This document shows positions 30,486 to 40,208 of a stretch of 64,000 bases of DNA, one piece after another. Both the position numbers and the translations under genes were made by a program. The number at the start of each line of letters is the position of its first letter. Within the stretch, counting starts at the first letter, position 1. Location: the IMG/VR virus record IMGVR_UViG_3300021964_000026, positions 38,932 to 102,931 of that record; one strand, 5' to 3'. Source of the DNA: a virus. The notes beneath the pieces were generated by a model. It made no database searches and was not told the DNA's origin. It saw only the letters and a program-made list of their open reading frames with translations.

Positions 30486-31634
30486 TCATTGTAGGTCGCG
30501 AATGCTCCCGCTTGCGCCAAAGAACGAACACCAAAGTTCGCCCATCGTTCGGTAAAGCCCCTCTTGTCCAAGACGGTTAATCGCGAATGGGTCGCCCGTT
30601 TCAATACCGCTTTCGTAGTATTGGGTTGGGATTGCAGTTTGGAACCACAGGTAGTCCGTGTCCAAGTAGTAAATGCGCGACAGACTGCTTGCGCCTTCGT
30701 CGGGCATGTCTTTGGTTGGAATCATGGGGACACCGTTGTAAGTCGCGACGATGAACCCAGCCTCAAGACCGGGAACACCCTTCACACCGTTGAAAGTGGG
30801 GGTCACGCGCTTGCTGTCCATGAATCGCTGTTGCGATTGGAGCAATTGCTGAACGCGCATCAAAGTGTCGTAGCCCGTAAGCATGACCTTCGGGTTGCCA
30901 CCACGAGTCCAAAGTTGTTGGAACAATCCGTCCATTTGGTTGAGGGACAGGTTGCGGTTCGCGGATAGAGCGTCAACATCAACTTCCGCGCTGTGGAAAG
31001 CGGCGGAACCATCGCGAGTGATGGAATACATGTCGTGCTTGGTTAGCGAAGTAGTAATGTGGTTGGTTCCCGTCGTCATCTTGTCCGGGTCGGAGGTGAT
31101 TCGGTCAAGAGACTCAAAGTTGTTGCCAGCGGTCGTGTCAACATCCTCAAGGAGCATGCGGTTGATGTGTTCTGCGTGGTGCTTCCCCATTTCTTCTTTG
31201 AGAACGGTGCGCACATCGCCAAGTCCATCGTCCTTGTCGGAAAGGAACATGCTCACTTCGGACAGGTCAAAAGTGTGCGCGACAGTCTTGGGCTTTGCGG
31301 CCACATGCAGGAACTCCGGCTTGGTGGTGTCGGGAAGAACGCCGTTCTCCGCGATGCCACCGCCCTTGGTGAAGGAAGCGCGCTCCGTGAGGATGCGCCA
31401 TCCACTTCGCTCCCAAGGCTTCTTTGGCAGAATGGAGAATGCGTTGAACTCTTGGTTCAATTGCGACCACACTTTGCGACCGTAGATTGCTTGATAGGTT
31501 CCCGCGGTGGTGGACAACAAAGGCGCGTCAGCCTTCAAAATGTCGCCGCTTCCGTAGGTGTAGCCGGTTTGGGACGCGCCACCGTAGTAGTAGCGTTCCA
31601 TGTCTTGAACTGTTCTTACATAATTTCGTGCCAT
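30486..31634 (-). CDS. Major capsid protein (HK97 fold, halovirus/magrovirus type)
   Basis: AIYGRKVWSQLNQEFNAFSILPKKPW...KPKTVAHTF...ATYNGVPMIP...GELWCSFFGASGSIRDL; directly downstream of prohead protease. Confidence 0.9.
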   Translation of the reverse strand: MARNYVRTVQDMERYYYGGASQTGYTYGSGDILKADAPLLSTTAGTYQAIYGRKVWSQLNQEFNAFSILPKKPWERSGWRILTERASFTKGGGIAENGVLPDTTKPEFLHVAAKPKTVAHTFDLSEVSMFLSDKDDGLGDVRTVLKEEMGKHHAEHINRMLLEDVDTTAGNNFESLDRITSDPDKMTTGTNHITTSLTKHDMYSITRDGSAAFHSAEVDVDALSANRNLSLNQMDGLFQQLWTRGGNPKVMLTGYDTLMRVQQLLQSQQRFMDSKRVTPTFNGVKGVPGLEAGFIVATYNGVPMIPTKDMPDEGASSLSRIYYLDTDYLWFQTAIPTQYYESGIETGDPFAINRLGQEGLYRTMGELWCSFFGASGSIRDLQ

Positions 31635-33064
31635 CAGTATTCCCCTCCTTTGAGTGCCTTGTCAGCAAGTCGGTGAACATCGTCCCACGACATGTTTGCC
31701 AAGTCAGCAGTTTCGGGAATGGTCACGGATGCAGTCGCGGCGGACTTTGCAATCATGGATGAAGCGGATGAAACATTGTCAATCCGTTCGTTGAGCGCGA
31801 GGACAGCCTTCTGCAACTCAACCATTGGCTGGCGCGCGTCAAATCGGCTCTTGGCGATTGCGTCAGCCTCGGCTTTCTGCTCCTTGAGGAACCGGTCGGT
31901 GAAGTGGTTGTTCAAGTCCGACTTGAATTGTTGCTCGGTAGCCGCGGCCTTGAACACCTCGTAAGCGGACTCAATCTCGGACTGCGAAACATTCGCGGCG
32001 TTGAGGTAGTCGCCCTTGATGACATTCTTGTTGCCACTTGGCGCGGAGCCAAAGTTGGGCTGTGGTCGCTTGCCGGAATCGTCTTCGCCAGCACCTTCAA
32101 GGGAACCCTGTCCGCGCATGTCAAATGCACTTTCGCCGGGTCCGTAGCCCTTGTTGAAGTGGTCGCGAGCGGCGTTGGGGTCAAACCCTGCGCTCTTTAC
32201 AGTCTGCTCAAGCCACAGTAGGTAGTCGCTCGTAATCATGTCATTTCCTTTGCTCATTTTCTCATCTCCGTCTTCGTCGTCGTCGTCGTCGTCGTCCGCA
32301 TACATGCCTGTCTCTTTGTCCTCCATCATGGGAGGTTTCGGTTTCTTCTTGTCTTCACGAGCATCCATCAACGACTCTTCTTCGTTTCCGTCTTCGTCAA
32401 TGTCTTTCGTGTCAAGAAGGTCATCAAGACCCTTGTCTTTGGACTCTTTGTCTTTCTTGTCCTCGTCTTTCTCGTCAAGTTTCTTTGACAAGCGTTCAAG
32501 GACGCTTTGCAGTTCGCTCATCGTATTGGTCATGTTATCACCTGTGTCTTCCTTAAGGATACGAAATTGTGCTTCCGGGTTGATACCCTTCTCGCAAATC
32601 GTGACCTCATGGAGTTCCATACGACGGATTTCGCGGTAGTCTCCGCGGGTTTGGTCGCTCTTGTTGACGCGCTCAAAGGCTTGACCGCCAATGGAGAACG
32701 AGCGCAGGTTCCCTTTGCGGATTTCCGAAGCCACTTCACGCGCCTTCTCAATGTCGCCGCGTAGTTTGATAACAACAAACATGCCGGTGTCGTCCACTTC
32801 GGACTTCCACATGCGACCGGATGAATCGGTGTAGGAAGGGATGACCGTTCCCACTTGGATGTTGGAGTGTGCGAGTTGCACATTGCGAAAACCATCGGCT
32901 TTCATGAACTTGCCGAACGCGTCTTTGAGTGCCGAGCGAGTGATGAGGTCGCCCTGCTTGTCAACCATCTCAACCGACGCGTATCCAGCAACAACCAAAT
33001 CGTTCCCAAGACCCTTCAAAATGATGGGGTCCGAGGAAGAAGAGGGAGCCGCGAGAATCGCCAT
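31634..33064 (-). CDS. HK97-type prohead protease fused to acidic/coiled-coil scaffold (476 aa)
   Basis: VAGYASVEMVDKQGDLI, catalytic His (LAHSN) and Ser (FSIGG), LHEVTICEKGINPEA; acidic coiled-coil C-terminal half. Confidence 0.9.
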   Translation of the reverse strand: MAILAAPSSSSDPIILKGLGNDLVVAGYASVEMVDKQGDLITRSALKDAFGKFMKADGFRNVQLAHSNIQVGTVIPSYTDSSGRMWKSEVDDTGMFVVIKLRGDIEKAREVASEIRKGNLRSFSIGGQAFERVNKSDQTRGDYREIRRMELHEVTICEKGINPEAQFRILKEDTGDNMTNTMSELQSVLERLSKKLDEKDEDKKDKESKDKGLDDLLDTKDIDEDGNEEESLMDAREDKKKPKPPMMEDKETGMYADDDDDDDEDGDEKMSKGNDMITSDYLLWLEQTVKSAGFDPNAARDHFNKGYGPGESAFDMRGQGSLEGAGEDDSGKRPQPNFGSAPSGNKNVIKGDYLNAANVSQSEIESAYEVFKAAATEQQFKSDLNNHFTDRFLKEQKAEADAIAKSRFDARQPMVELQKAVLALNERIDNVSSASSMIAKSAATASVTIPETADLANMSWDDVHRLADKALKGGEY

Positions 33065-33082
33065 TGTCCACCCGACTCATTT

Positions 33083-36000
33083 TCATGCTATATCAAGGGA
33101 ACCCTTCTCAATCGCGATAACACCTTCGTCTTCAAGACGCGCTGTTTCGCCTCTATTGCTTCGCAGTCGCTTGGTTTTTTTTGCCGTGGCTGGCTTCAAC
33201 TCGTCATCGGCTCGCGCTTGGGGGTCAAAATCCGGCATGGTGTTATCGCGGATGTTCTGCGTTGGTCCTCGCGGAGACTCGTCGGGTGTCGCATAATCCA
33301 TACCCAAACCCTGCACACCGGTGCTGGTGATTTTCTCTTTGGCGAGATGTTCCAATCCGCGCTCAATCAAATCAAGTCCACGCTTGATGACCTCTTCTTC
33401 TTCCTCCAACACATGCTTTCGTTTCTTGGAGTGTCCAGCGGGAGGTTCGGGTTCAACTTCATCGTATTCGGGTTCTTCAACATCCTCTTCTTTCAACAAC
33501 CAAGCCGCTTTTGCAACCCAATACGCTTCTTGGTCCCGCGCTAATCGCACAAGGTATTCGTTGCCCCACACGGAAGACTGCGGCTCAACATGCCACAGAC
33601 CGTCTTCTTTGCGCGTTTTGCAAATCACCTCATCGTCAAACGCAGGGAAGCGTATGATGATGTTGCCTTTCTTCATGGATACGCGTTGAGGAACATGATG
33701 CTCACCCGACATGATAGCGAGGGTTTCTACGCTGTTTGCCGCGAACGGTTCGTTGTCGGTGATTTTTGCGGAGCGGATGCGGTAGACGGGGTGTTCTTTC
33801 TTTGATGCACTCACACCTGTGCAACGCACCGTAGCAAAATCACCCACCTTCAACCCGCGTGGTCCTTTCGCGCTACCTACATTCATGTAGTGTTCTTCAC
33901 CAACCTGTTGTGCGCGCTTCCCGTAATTTTCCGGATGCATCAGCGGTCCGACACCAATGCCGTAAGTCGTCCCCGATGCGGAGAGAATGATGACATCCAC
34001 CATTTTTTCTTTGCTCAACAGCACCCATTTCGGATGACGCGACTCTCCTTTCATGTAGGTTGCGTTGGCATCGCGAAGAAGAATGTCAACGCCATCGTTT
34101 TCTTTCCGCAAACCGTCAATCGCGGTTTGCAACCCTTCGTCATCGCTACGCTTGGTGTTGATGGGTTCGGGCATTTTGATGTGTTCGCTGGATTCGTATT
34201 GAGCGCGAAGGTGGCGGATGCGGTCTTTCGTCGGCATGTTGTGCGTGTCCTCGTCTGCCGTCTTGAGCAAGTCAATGACGGTCATCAATCCATCATGAAG
34301 AACCGCGTGAACCGTGAAGTCCTTCTCGTAGACCTTATCCGCTTCCTCCAAAATAGTCTCATCCAACTTCACCTCTCCGTCAACACCGTATGCCGTGATG
34401 CCTTTTTTGTCTTTGGTCGCGATAACATGTTCACCTTGCGGGTAGAGCGATATGACCCAATCACCTGTAAAACCGCGCAGATGTTGCATGTCATCCAAGT
34501 CAAATATCCGGTGCATGAACTTGACAGGTTGGGGCTTCCCGTCCTCTTTGATGAGCAAAGTGTCGTCAAGCGCGACATCAAGAATGTGGGCTGACATGTT
34601 GAAGCCTTCGCCGACTTCGGGCATTTGGTCTTGAGCGTTCGCCATCACCGCGTGAAGGTCTTGACCTAAGCGTTGGTTCGGGTTTGGTTGACCTTCAAAC
34701 TGCGTGTAGTCCAAGTATTGCAGGTTGTTGGTGTCCAACTGCGGCAGGTCCGGATTTGCTCTTTTCATGGCTTTGGGAGGCATCACCAACTTCATCGCAG
34801 GTGGAGGATTGAATGTGTGCGTGTCCTCGTTTTCAAAGTAGACCTTCGCATCGTTCAACGCACCGGGGATAGCGGTGAAAGGTAAAGGACGACGCGTTGC
34901 GTATCCCAAGTGAAACTTTTTGTCCGCGCAAGTGAAAACAGGCGTGACCGGTGCGTTGTGCAAATTGGAACGACGGTCCCCCAACTCACCCATTGAGTCT
35001 CCCAGCGTGCTTCCCATCATGACAGGTTCGGAGTTGGTTGATGTGTTTCGTAGCACTCGTTTGCTGGTTGCATCACCCAGCACATCGGCGATGTTGCGGA
35101 GGGATTGACCGTTGTGAAAGTTCATCACTTTTTGAGGTCGCCGTTGTGGGGCATTTCCTTGAAACATACGCAGTTTGGAAAAGTCAAGCGCGACATCCGA
35201 GCCTTGCTCGGTGAGTTTGTGCGCGTTTTGCAAAACACGAACGATGGCTTGGCGTTCACGGTCAAAGGATACCGGTTGATTCTTTTTGCCTCTCTTGAGT
35301 GTTGCACTCGCGCCACCATGACGAACGCCGTGGATTTGAGCGTCAAGTTCTGCAAAGGAACCACCGTTGTTGAAAACATAATTGTTGCCTCCGCGCTTCG
35401 GTAAATCAACGATGTCCAACATGTCTTTCGCGTTAGCACCGGTCAACATCACACCATCGTTGTTGTGTAAAGCGTATCGTGCTACGAATGCGTCTTTCCA
35501 AGAAATCTCCTGTTCTTTGCTCGCCGCTTTGACATTCTCCATCACTTGATTGAAAATGCTCACATCATCGTCTTCAACCGCGTCAACACCATCAGCGAGG
35601 TCCGAAGCCACACGATGACCTTTCGGTTGAACACCGCCGTAGATACGGTCAAGCATTTTTTCTGCCATGTAAGGGGAACCGCTATGCACATTTCTGTTGA
35701 CGCGAAGTTCCTTCAAACCTTTGACGACATCATCGGGTAAATCAAACTTCGCTGTTTTTTTGCCGATGCTGATACCGTCCTTCAACAACTTTTCTCGCGT
35801 TTCCGGTTTGAGCATGGCGATTTGCTCCGCAAGTTTCAGCGCGTAAGCAGTCGCGACCCACGCTTTGTCGTTGTCTTCTGTGAACACACCGGGAAACAAC
35901 TTCTCAATCGTGGGACGAAGGGCTTGTTGGAAAATCTGCTCAACCGCATTCAAGGTGTCCACATTGTTTTGCAACAGCCGCGCGTCATTCTCCAATTTCA

Positions 36001-39000
36001 TCTCACCACCATCAACGGGTAAAGGGTTCTCGCGCACTTTGCTCAACCGCTGATTCAACCGCTCCAACAGTTGCGTATCACCGTCTTCGCTCGCTTGGTG
36101 AATCATCCTCATGAGGCGCGCTTCGTATGACGATTGAAGGAACGAGGGTGTAGCATCAATCACCAACGCGTCGTTTTGAATAACGCCATCATCGTCTTCG
36201 TATTGGTGGTATCCTACAACTCGCCCCTTGTTGTCTTGAAATCCGGTAATGAGACTGTTCAACTCCTTTGCGCGTTGACCCATCGCTTGTTCATCACCGC
36301 GCTGTTTTGCAACTTGATACATGTTGTCAAGGCGTTTGATTTCCTGTTCTAAACGCCCCCTCGTGGTGATGTTCTTCACTTTTGGTGTTGGTGGACGATA
36401 GGGTTGATTGAGGTCGTCAAGGCGTTTGATGTAGTCTTGATACTCTTCTTTGCTGTAAATAGCATGCTGTGAAGGAACATAAGCATCATCATCGCCTAAC
36501 ACATCCAACAGCATGTCCTTTGAGCCGCGACCGCCATAACCAACAGCATCGTGATGATGTCGTGATTGCTTGATGTGACGCATTCGCTCATGCGTCTTTG
36601 CATCAATCAGCGCGTTGTAAGCCTTCATCGCTTCATCGCTGTGAGCATGAAGCGGCTCGTGCGCACCGAGAAGCAACAAATCAATGAGCATTTTTTGTTG
36701 CCGCGAGTATTGGCTTCGTGGTTTGCCGAGTTCCATTTCCTTTGCTTGACTACGATTCGTTTGCCTTCTTCCGAAAATGCGTCGCGTGTTGCCTTTTGAT
36801 TGAGCGTTCATACGCTCTTTGCGAGCGTCAAACATTGGAGTGTGCAGGGCTGTGCGTGTTGTTTCAAGAGGGATGCCATCAAGACCCAAGAAGCCCAGCA
36901 GGTCTTCCATGTCAAGCCCCAAGTGGTCGTTGTGAGCCATGTGAAACGAGTGCATCCCTCGCGCGGCTGATGTTCTTGGCAACGGCATGTCTTTGGTGTA
37001 TTCTTCAATTTCTTGAAGCACCGTTGAAGGGTCTTCGTCGGGAAGTTCAACGCCGCGATAATCACCGAAGAAGGGGTTGATGCCCGTTTCAACCATTTCT
37101 TGGGCTGACATTTCTCCGCGCGGCATCACGAGATTGACCGGCTGACCCGCATCGTATTGAGCGAGCAGGTCATCCATTTGTTCTGTCATACCGTATTCGC
37201 GAATTGCATCCATCAAGTCTTGACGCGTTTGGCCCTCGGTGTCTTTTGTTGGGTCAAAAATGTTGAGTTGTTCTTTGGCTGGGTTTGCGCCCGACCCTGT
37301 GCGTTTTGCTCTTCGGCTCATCATCACTCTTCGGGATGGCAACTCGGAAAACAAAACACCGGGCATCGCGCTTTCATACCCGTTGATGAAATCACCCCAA
37401 TCGCCGTCGCTGTTTCCGCGTCTACCGACACCCTCCATGAGAACACCAAGAGGTGTGTCTTTGAGTTCCGGCTCTTCAAGCATGTCAAACTCGTTGACCT
37501 CATTGGTGTGCATGTAGCCGTTGATGGTGTGGCGCATCAAATCGGTGAAGTCTTTCTTGACCTTTTGATTGGTTCCGGCCTCAATGATGTGTTCCAACTC
37601 ACCCTCGTTAAAGAAGCCGCGCCGAACCAAGTCCTTCATGTCCGGCAAATGGCTGTTGAGGAAAATGGTTGAGCCAAGCGCGTCTTCATGAAAGTGAGGA
37701 TAAAGCGTGTCGCTACTGTCGCCATCAAGTTGAACACCCATGTTGTTTTTGTTTTGAAATCTCGTAAGAACGGCCATCATGTCAATTTCGTTCAACGCGT
37801 TTTCAAGTTGTGAATCGTCAAGTCGGCTCCATTGGTTGAGTTTCAACTGCTCTTTGGTTTCTTCATACTTTTCCTCAATGTTGGCTCGCGCATCGGCAGT
37901 CGCTTGTTCCGAAAAACGATTGGGTAGCGTCCCCGACTCCCCGTTTCTCCCCGCACCACCAGCGTGAAGCGTGTGCAACATGTTGTCAATCATGAATGCG
38001 TGATGCGCCATATAGCCGCGCAAATCGGGGAACTTGTTGAACACCCTCTTCAAGCCGCTGTCGTCAATCGTTCCGTCGTTTCGCGTCCCACCGTTGGTTA
38101 GCAACATCCACTTCGCGATGTTGTATTGGTCTTGGAAAGGAAGCATGCCGATGCCGAGCCGTTGCGATTCAAGACCTGTGCGACCAAAGTTCCCACCATT
38201 CTTATCAACTTCGTCTTCGGTAGGAATTGAGTTGCGGTCTTTTCGCGAGTTAGCAACTGTGCGCAACTCATCAACAGGTGATTTCCCACTACGACCAACT
38301 CCTTTCGGAATACCGTCTTCGTCAAATAGGCGTTTGAGAATATCACGACGAGGAATACCTTCATTCTCCCAATTCTTGACGCGCATGAAATGCATGTCCA
38401 ACAAAGGATGTGAAAGCAAAGGATGGTCTTGACCAAATTGTTCAGCAAAGGATGTTTTGAAATCATCAAGACCGTATTGATAGAGTGCGCTCGTTGTTGC
38501 ATTGTTGCCTCTCCATTGGCTGAACATGTGGTCTTTCTTCAACGAAGGGTGAAGGTTGTCGGCAATGTCCTTCATCGTTTTATCTAAACGCTTTGCGTTG
38601 CGCGCGTTGTTCCCGTAGAGATGACGATTGAGTTGTTGAAAGAGCGGTGCTTCGGTGAACGCCACTTGACCTTTTCTTGTCGGGAACATGTGTAGAGGGT
38701 CAAAATGCGAGTGCTGACCCACCACATCGGTTCCGCGCTCTTCTACATTGGGAACAGTCTCCATGCGGAAACCGAGATACATGCGAACATAGCGGTCAAG
38801 TTTGTCTTCGTCTCCGCTGTCAATTGCTTCTTGCAACTCTTCTTGAGTGAAAAGGTGTTTGACTTTGTGATGACGACGACCTGCGCGTTCAGCGCGTGTT
38901 CCTGTTTTGGAATAGTCGGAGAATATGCGCTCCGCACCTCGCGACGAGGGGCGGCGCAGTTGAACCTCCGCTTCTTCTTTGAGAAGAATACGCGTGAATC

Positions 39001-39130
39001 CGTGGTTCTCCAAGTTGTTTGCACTCATCAAGAGGTTGACGGCTTCTTCGCGAGCATCGCCTTTGTTGATGATAGCGTGAACAAACTCATCAATCACGCG
39101 GCGGTGATATTGAACAGCGTCCTCACGCAC
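33083..39130 (-). CDS. Large putative internal virion protein (2015 aa) with C-terminal degenerate ATP-dependent DNA ligase-like domain
   Basis: Between portal and protease. C-terminal region aligns by eye to ligase motifs I-V plus OB fold, with catalytic residues substituted. Confidence 0.7.
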   Translation of the reverse strand: MREDAVQYHRRVIDEFVHAIINKGDAREEAVNLLMSANNLENHGFTRILLKEEAEVQLRRPSSRGAERIFSDYSKTGTRAERAGRRHHKVKHLFTQEELQEAIDSGDEDKLDRYVRMYLGFRMETVPNVEERGTDVVGQHSHFDPLHMFPTRKGQVAFTEAPLFQQLNRHLYGNNARNAKRLDKTMKDIADNLHPSLKKDHMFSQWRGNNATTSALYQYGLDDFKTSFAEQFGQDHPLLSHPLLDMHFMRVKNWENEGIPRRDILKRLFDEDGIPKGVGRSGKSPVDELRTVANSRKDRNSIPTEDEVDKNGGNFGRTGLESQRLGIGMLPFQDQYNIAKWMLLTNGGTRNDGTIDDSGLKRVFNKFPDLRGYMAHHAFMIDNMLHTLHAGGAGRNGESGTLPNRFSEQATADARANIEEKYEETKEQLKLNQWSRLDDSQLENALNEIDMMAVLTRFQNKNNMGVQLDGDSSDTLYPHFHEDALGSTIFLNSHLPDMKDLVRRGFFNEGELEHIIEAGTNQKVKKDFTDLMRHTINGYMHTNEVNEFDMLEEPELKDTPLGVLMEGVGRRGNSDGDWGDFINGYESAMPGVLFSELPSRRVMMSRRAKRTGSGANPAKEQLNIFDPTKDTEGQTRQDLMDAIREYGMTEQMDDLLAQYDAGQPVNLVMPRGEMSAQEMVETGINPFFGDYRGVELPDEDPSTVLQEIEEYTKDMPLPRTSAARGMHSFHMAHNDHLGLDMEDLLGFLGLDGIPLETTRTALHTPMFDARKERMNAQSKGNTRRIFGRRQTNRSQAKEMELGKPRSQYSRQQKMLIDLLLLGAHEPLHAHSDEAMKAYNALIDAKTHERMRHIKQSRHHHDAVGYGGRGSKDMLLDVLGDDDAYVPSQHAIYSKEEYQDYIKRLDDLNQPYRPPTPKVKNITTRGRLEQEIKRLDNMYQVAKQRGDEQAMGQRAKELNSLITGFQDNKGRVVGYHQYEDDDGVIQNDALVIDATPSFLQSSYEARLMRMIHQASEDGDTQLLERLNQRLSKVRENPLPVDGGEMKLENDARLLQNNVDTLNAVEQIFQQALRPTIEKLFPGVFTEDNDKAWVATAYALKLAEQIAMLKPETREKLLKDGISIGKKTAKFDLPDDVVKGLKELRVNRNVHSGSPYMAEKMLDRIYGGVQPKGHRVASDLADGVDAVEDDDVSIFNQVMENVKAASKEQEISWKDAFVARYALHNNDGVMLTGANAKDMLDIVDLPKRGGNNYVFNNGGSFAELDAQIHGVRHGGASATLKRGKKNQPVSFDRERQAIVRVLQNAHKLTEQGSDVALDFSKLRMFQGNAPQRRPQKVMNFHNGQSLRNIADVLGDATSKRVLRNTSTNSEPVMMGSTLGDSMGELGDRRSNLHNAPVTPVFTCADKKFHLGYATRRPLPFTAIPGALNDAKVYFENEDTHTFNPPPAMKLVMPPKAMKRANPDLPQLDTNNLQYLDYTQFEGQPNPNQRLGQDLHAVMANAQDQMPEVGEGFNMSAHILDVALDDTLLIKEDGKPQPVKFMHRIFDLDDMQHLRGFTGDWVISLYPQGEHVIATKDKKGITAYGVDGEVKLDETILEEADKVYEKDFTVHAVLHDGLMTVIDLLKTADEDTHNMPTKDRIRHLRAQYESSEHIKMPEPINTKRSDDEGLQTAIDGLRKENDGVDILLRDANATYMKGESRHPKWVLLSKEKMVDVIILSASGTTYGIGVGPLMHPENYGKRAQQVGEEHYMNVGSAKGPRGLKVGDFATVRCTGVSASKKEHPVYRIRSAKITDNEPFAANSVETLAIMSGEHHVPQRVSMKKGNIIIRFPAFDDEVICKTRKEDGLWHVEPQSSVWGNEYLVRLARDQEAYWVAKAAWLLKEEDVEEPEYDEVEPEPPAGHSKKRKHVLEEEEEVIKRGLDLIERGLEHLAKEKITSTGVQGLGMDYATPDESPRGPTQNIRDNTMPDFDPQARADDELKPATAKKTKRLRSNRGETARLEDEGVIAIEKGSLDIA

Positions 39131-39141
39131 ACTTCATCACC

Positions 39142-39486
39142 TCAATAATAATCGGTGATGGTGTATGCGGATTCGGGGTTTTTGTCGGAGGGGTCGCCTG
39201 TTTTGTTCTCGCGCATATCAACCGTATTCGGCCATCCAGCATGCGTCTTGAGTTTTGCTTCCTCTTTCTTCGCACCGGTGTTCTTGACATCCTCAACCTC
39301 AATCTGTTGCTGGTTCGTCCAATAAGTGCCGGGGCGAACCTTGTCAACACCACGAACGCTTTCAAACGAGTCGCCGGTCTTTGACCCCAACTTCGCGTCA
39401 GCCTTTTCCATCAATTCGTTGGCCTGTTTGATGAGTTCGTCAACATCGGGCGCGTGTTGCCCTGCTCCAACCTTCATTGGCTTCAT
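39142..39486 (-). CDS. Hypothetical head-module protein (114 aa)
   Basis: Coupled ORF (ATGA overlap) in the portal-protease interval. Confidence 0.7.
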   Translation of the reverse strand: MKPMKVGAGQHAPDVDELIKQANELMEKADAKLGSKTGDSFESVRGVDKVRPGTYWTNQQQIEVEDVKNTGAKKEEAKLKTHAGWPNTVDMRENKTGDPSDKNPESAYTITDYY

Positions 39487-39836
39487 TGGTCAATCCTCCT
39501 TCCTTCAACTTGCGCGGCTTCGTTTGCCATCGCGTGAATCTCATCCCATGACATTTCATGCCATTCTTCGTTTGATGATGGCATGCTCATACCTGCGTCG
39601 TCAATCGCGGCGGCGGCTTTGCTGATAACGGTGTCTCGGTCGCCACGGAGTGGGTCGCCCCAAACATCCTCGTTTGCGGGAGTGTTAGCGCGAACAAATC
39701 CAGCGCGCTTGAGCAGAAGTTCGGGTGTGTTCATGCTCTTACGCATGGCGGACAATTCGGCATCCATCGTTTCCATTTTGCTGATGAGTGCTTTCATCAG
39801 CGTTATTGCGTCTCCGGATTCTTCCGACACGCTCAC
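39483..39836 (-). CDS. Scaffold-like protein (117 aa) sharing C-terminal MSWD motif with the protease/scaffold
   Basis: EMSWDEIHAMA versus NMSWDDVHRLA; N-terminal coiled coil. Confidence 0.7.
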   Translation of the reverse strand: MSVSEESGDAITLMKALISKMETMDAELSAMRKSMNTPELLLKRAGFVRANTPANEDVWGDPLRGDRDTVISKAAAAIDDAGMSMPSSNEEWHEMSWDEIHAMANEAAQVEGRRIDQ

Positions 39837-40177
39837 ACCTGTCCTTGCTTCTTGAAGTGGCTACCGATTCGGTCGGGGCCAATGTAGCCCATTGGACGGT
39901 CGCCCGATTTCGCGATAACACCTTGCGTGCTGTTGAATTGCATCACAGGTGCGCCGCCAGCAAACACATCATTGACACCAAGAATGCGGTCGTTTTGTCC
40001 GGTTTGGGCTTTGTAGATATGACCAACATCATCCGCGAGGTAGTCGCTGGTTTGCTGAATGCTTCGTAGGAATTGTTCGGCTGAAACGAGGTCGTTGTTA
40101 GCGAGCGCGACCTTGAACTCACTCAATGAAGTTTCAAGTTTGCGCACCATCGGGTCCATCTTTTGCAGTAGGCTCAT
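39833..40177 (-). CDS. Hypothetical head-module protein (114 aa)
   Basis: First ORF after portal; helical. Confidence 0.7.
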   Translation of the reverse strand: MSLLQKMDPMVRKLETSLSEFKVALANNDLVSAEQFLRSIQQTSDYLADDVGHIYKAQTGQNDRILGVNDVFAGGAPVMQFNSTQGVIAKSGDRPMGYIGPDRIGSHFKKQGQV

Positions 40178-40208
40178 GCGTCCGACGAGGACGCTTCACC
40201 ACTTTAAC

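Noticed and set aside
32272-32297. (TCG)n microsatellite, and (ACC)n at ~63921-63943
   Set aside because: Encode poly-Asp and poly-Thr linkers in frame; no sign of phase variation.
40178-40194. Hairpin GCGTCC-N5-GGACGC just upstream of the 40177 start
   Set aside because: Only a 6-bp stem; could be chance, insufficient to call a regulatory element.
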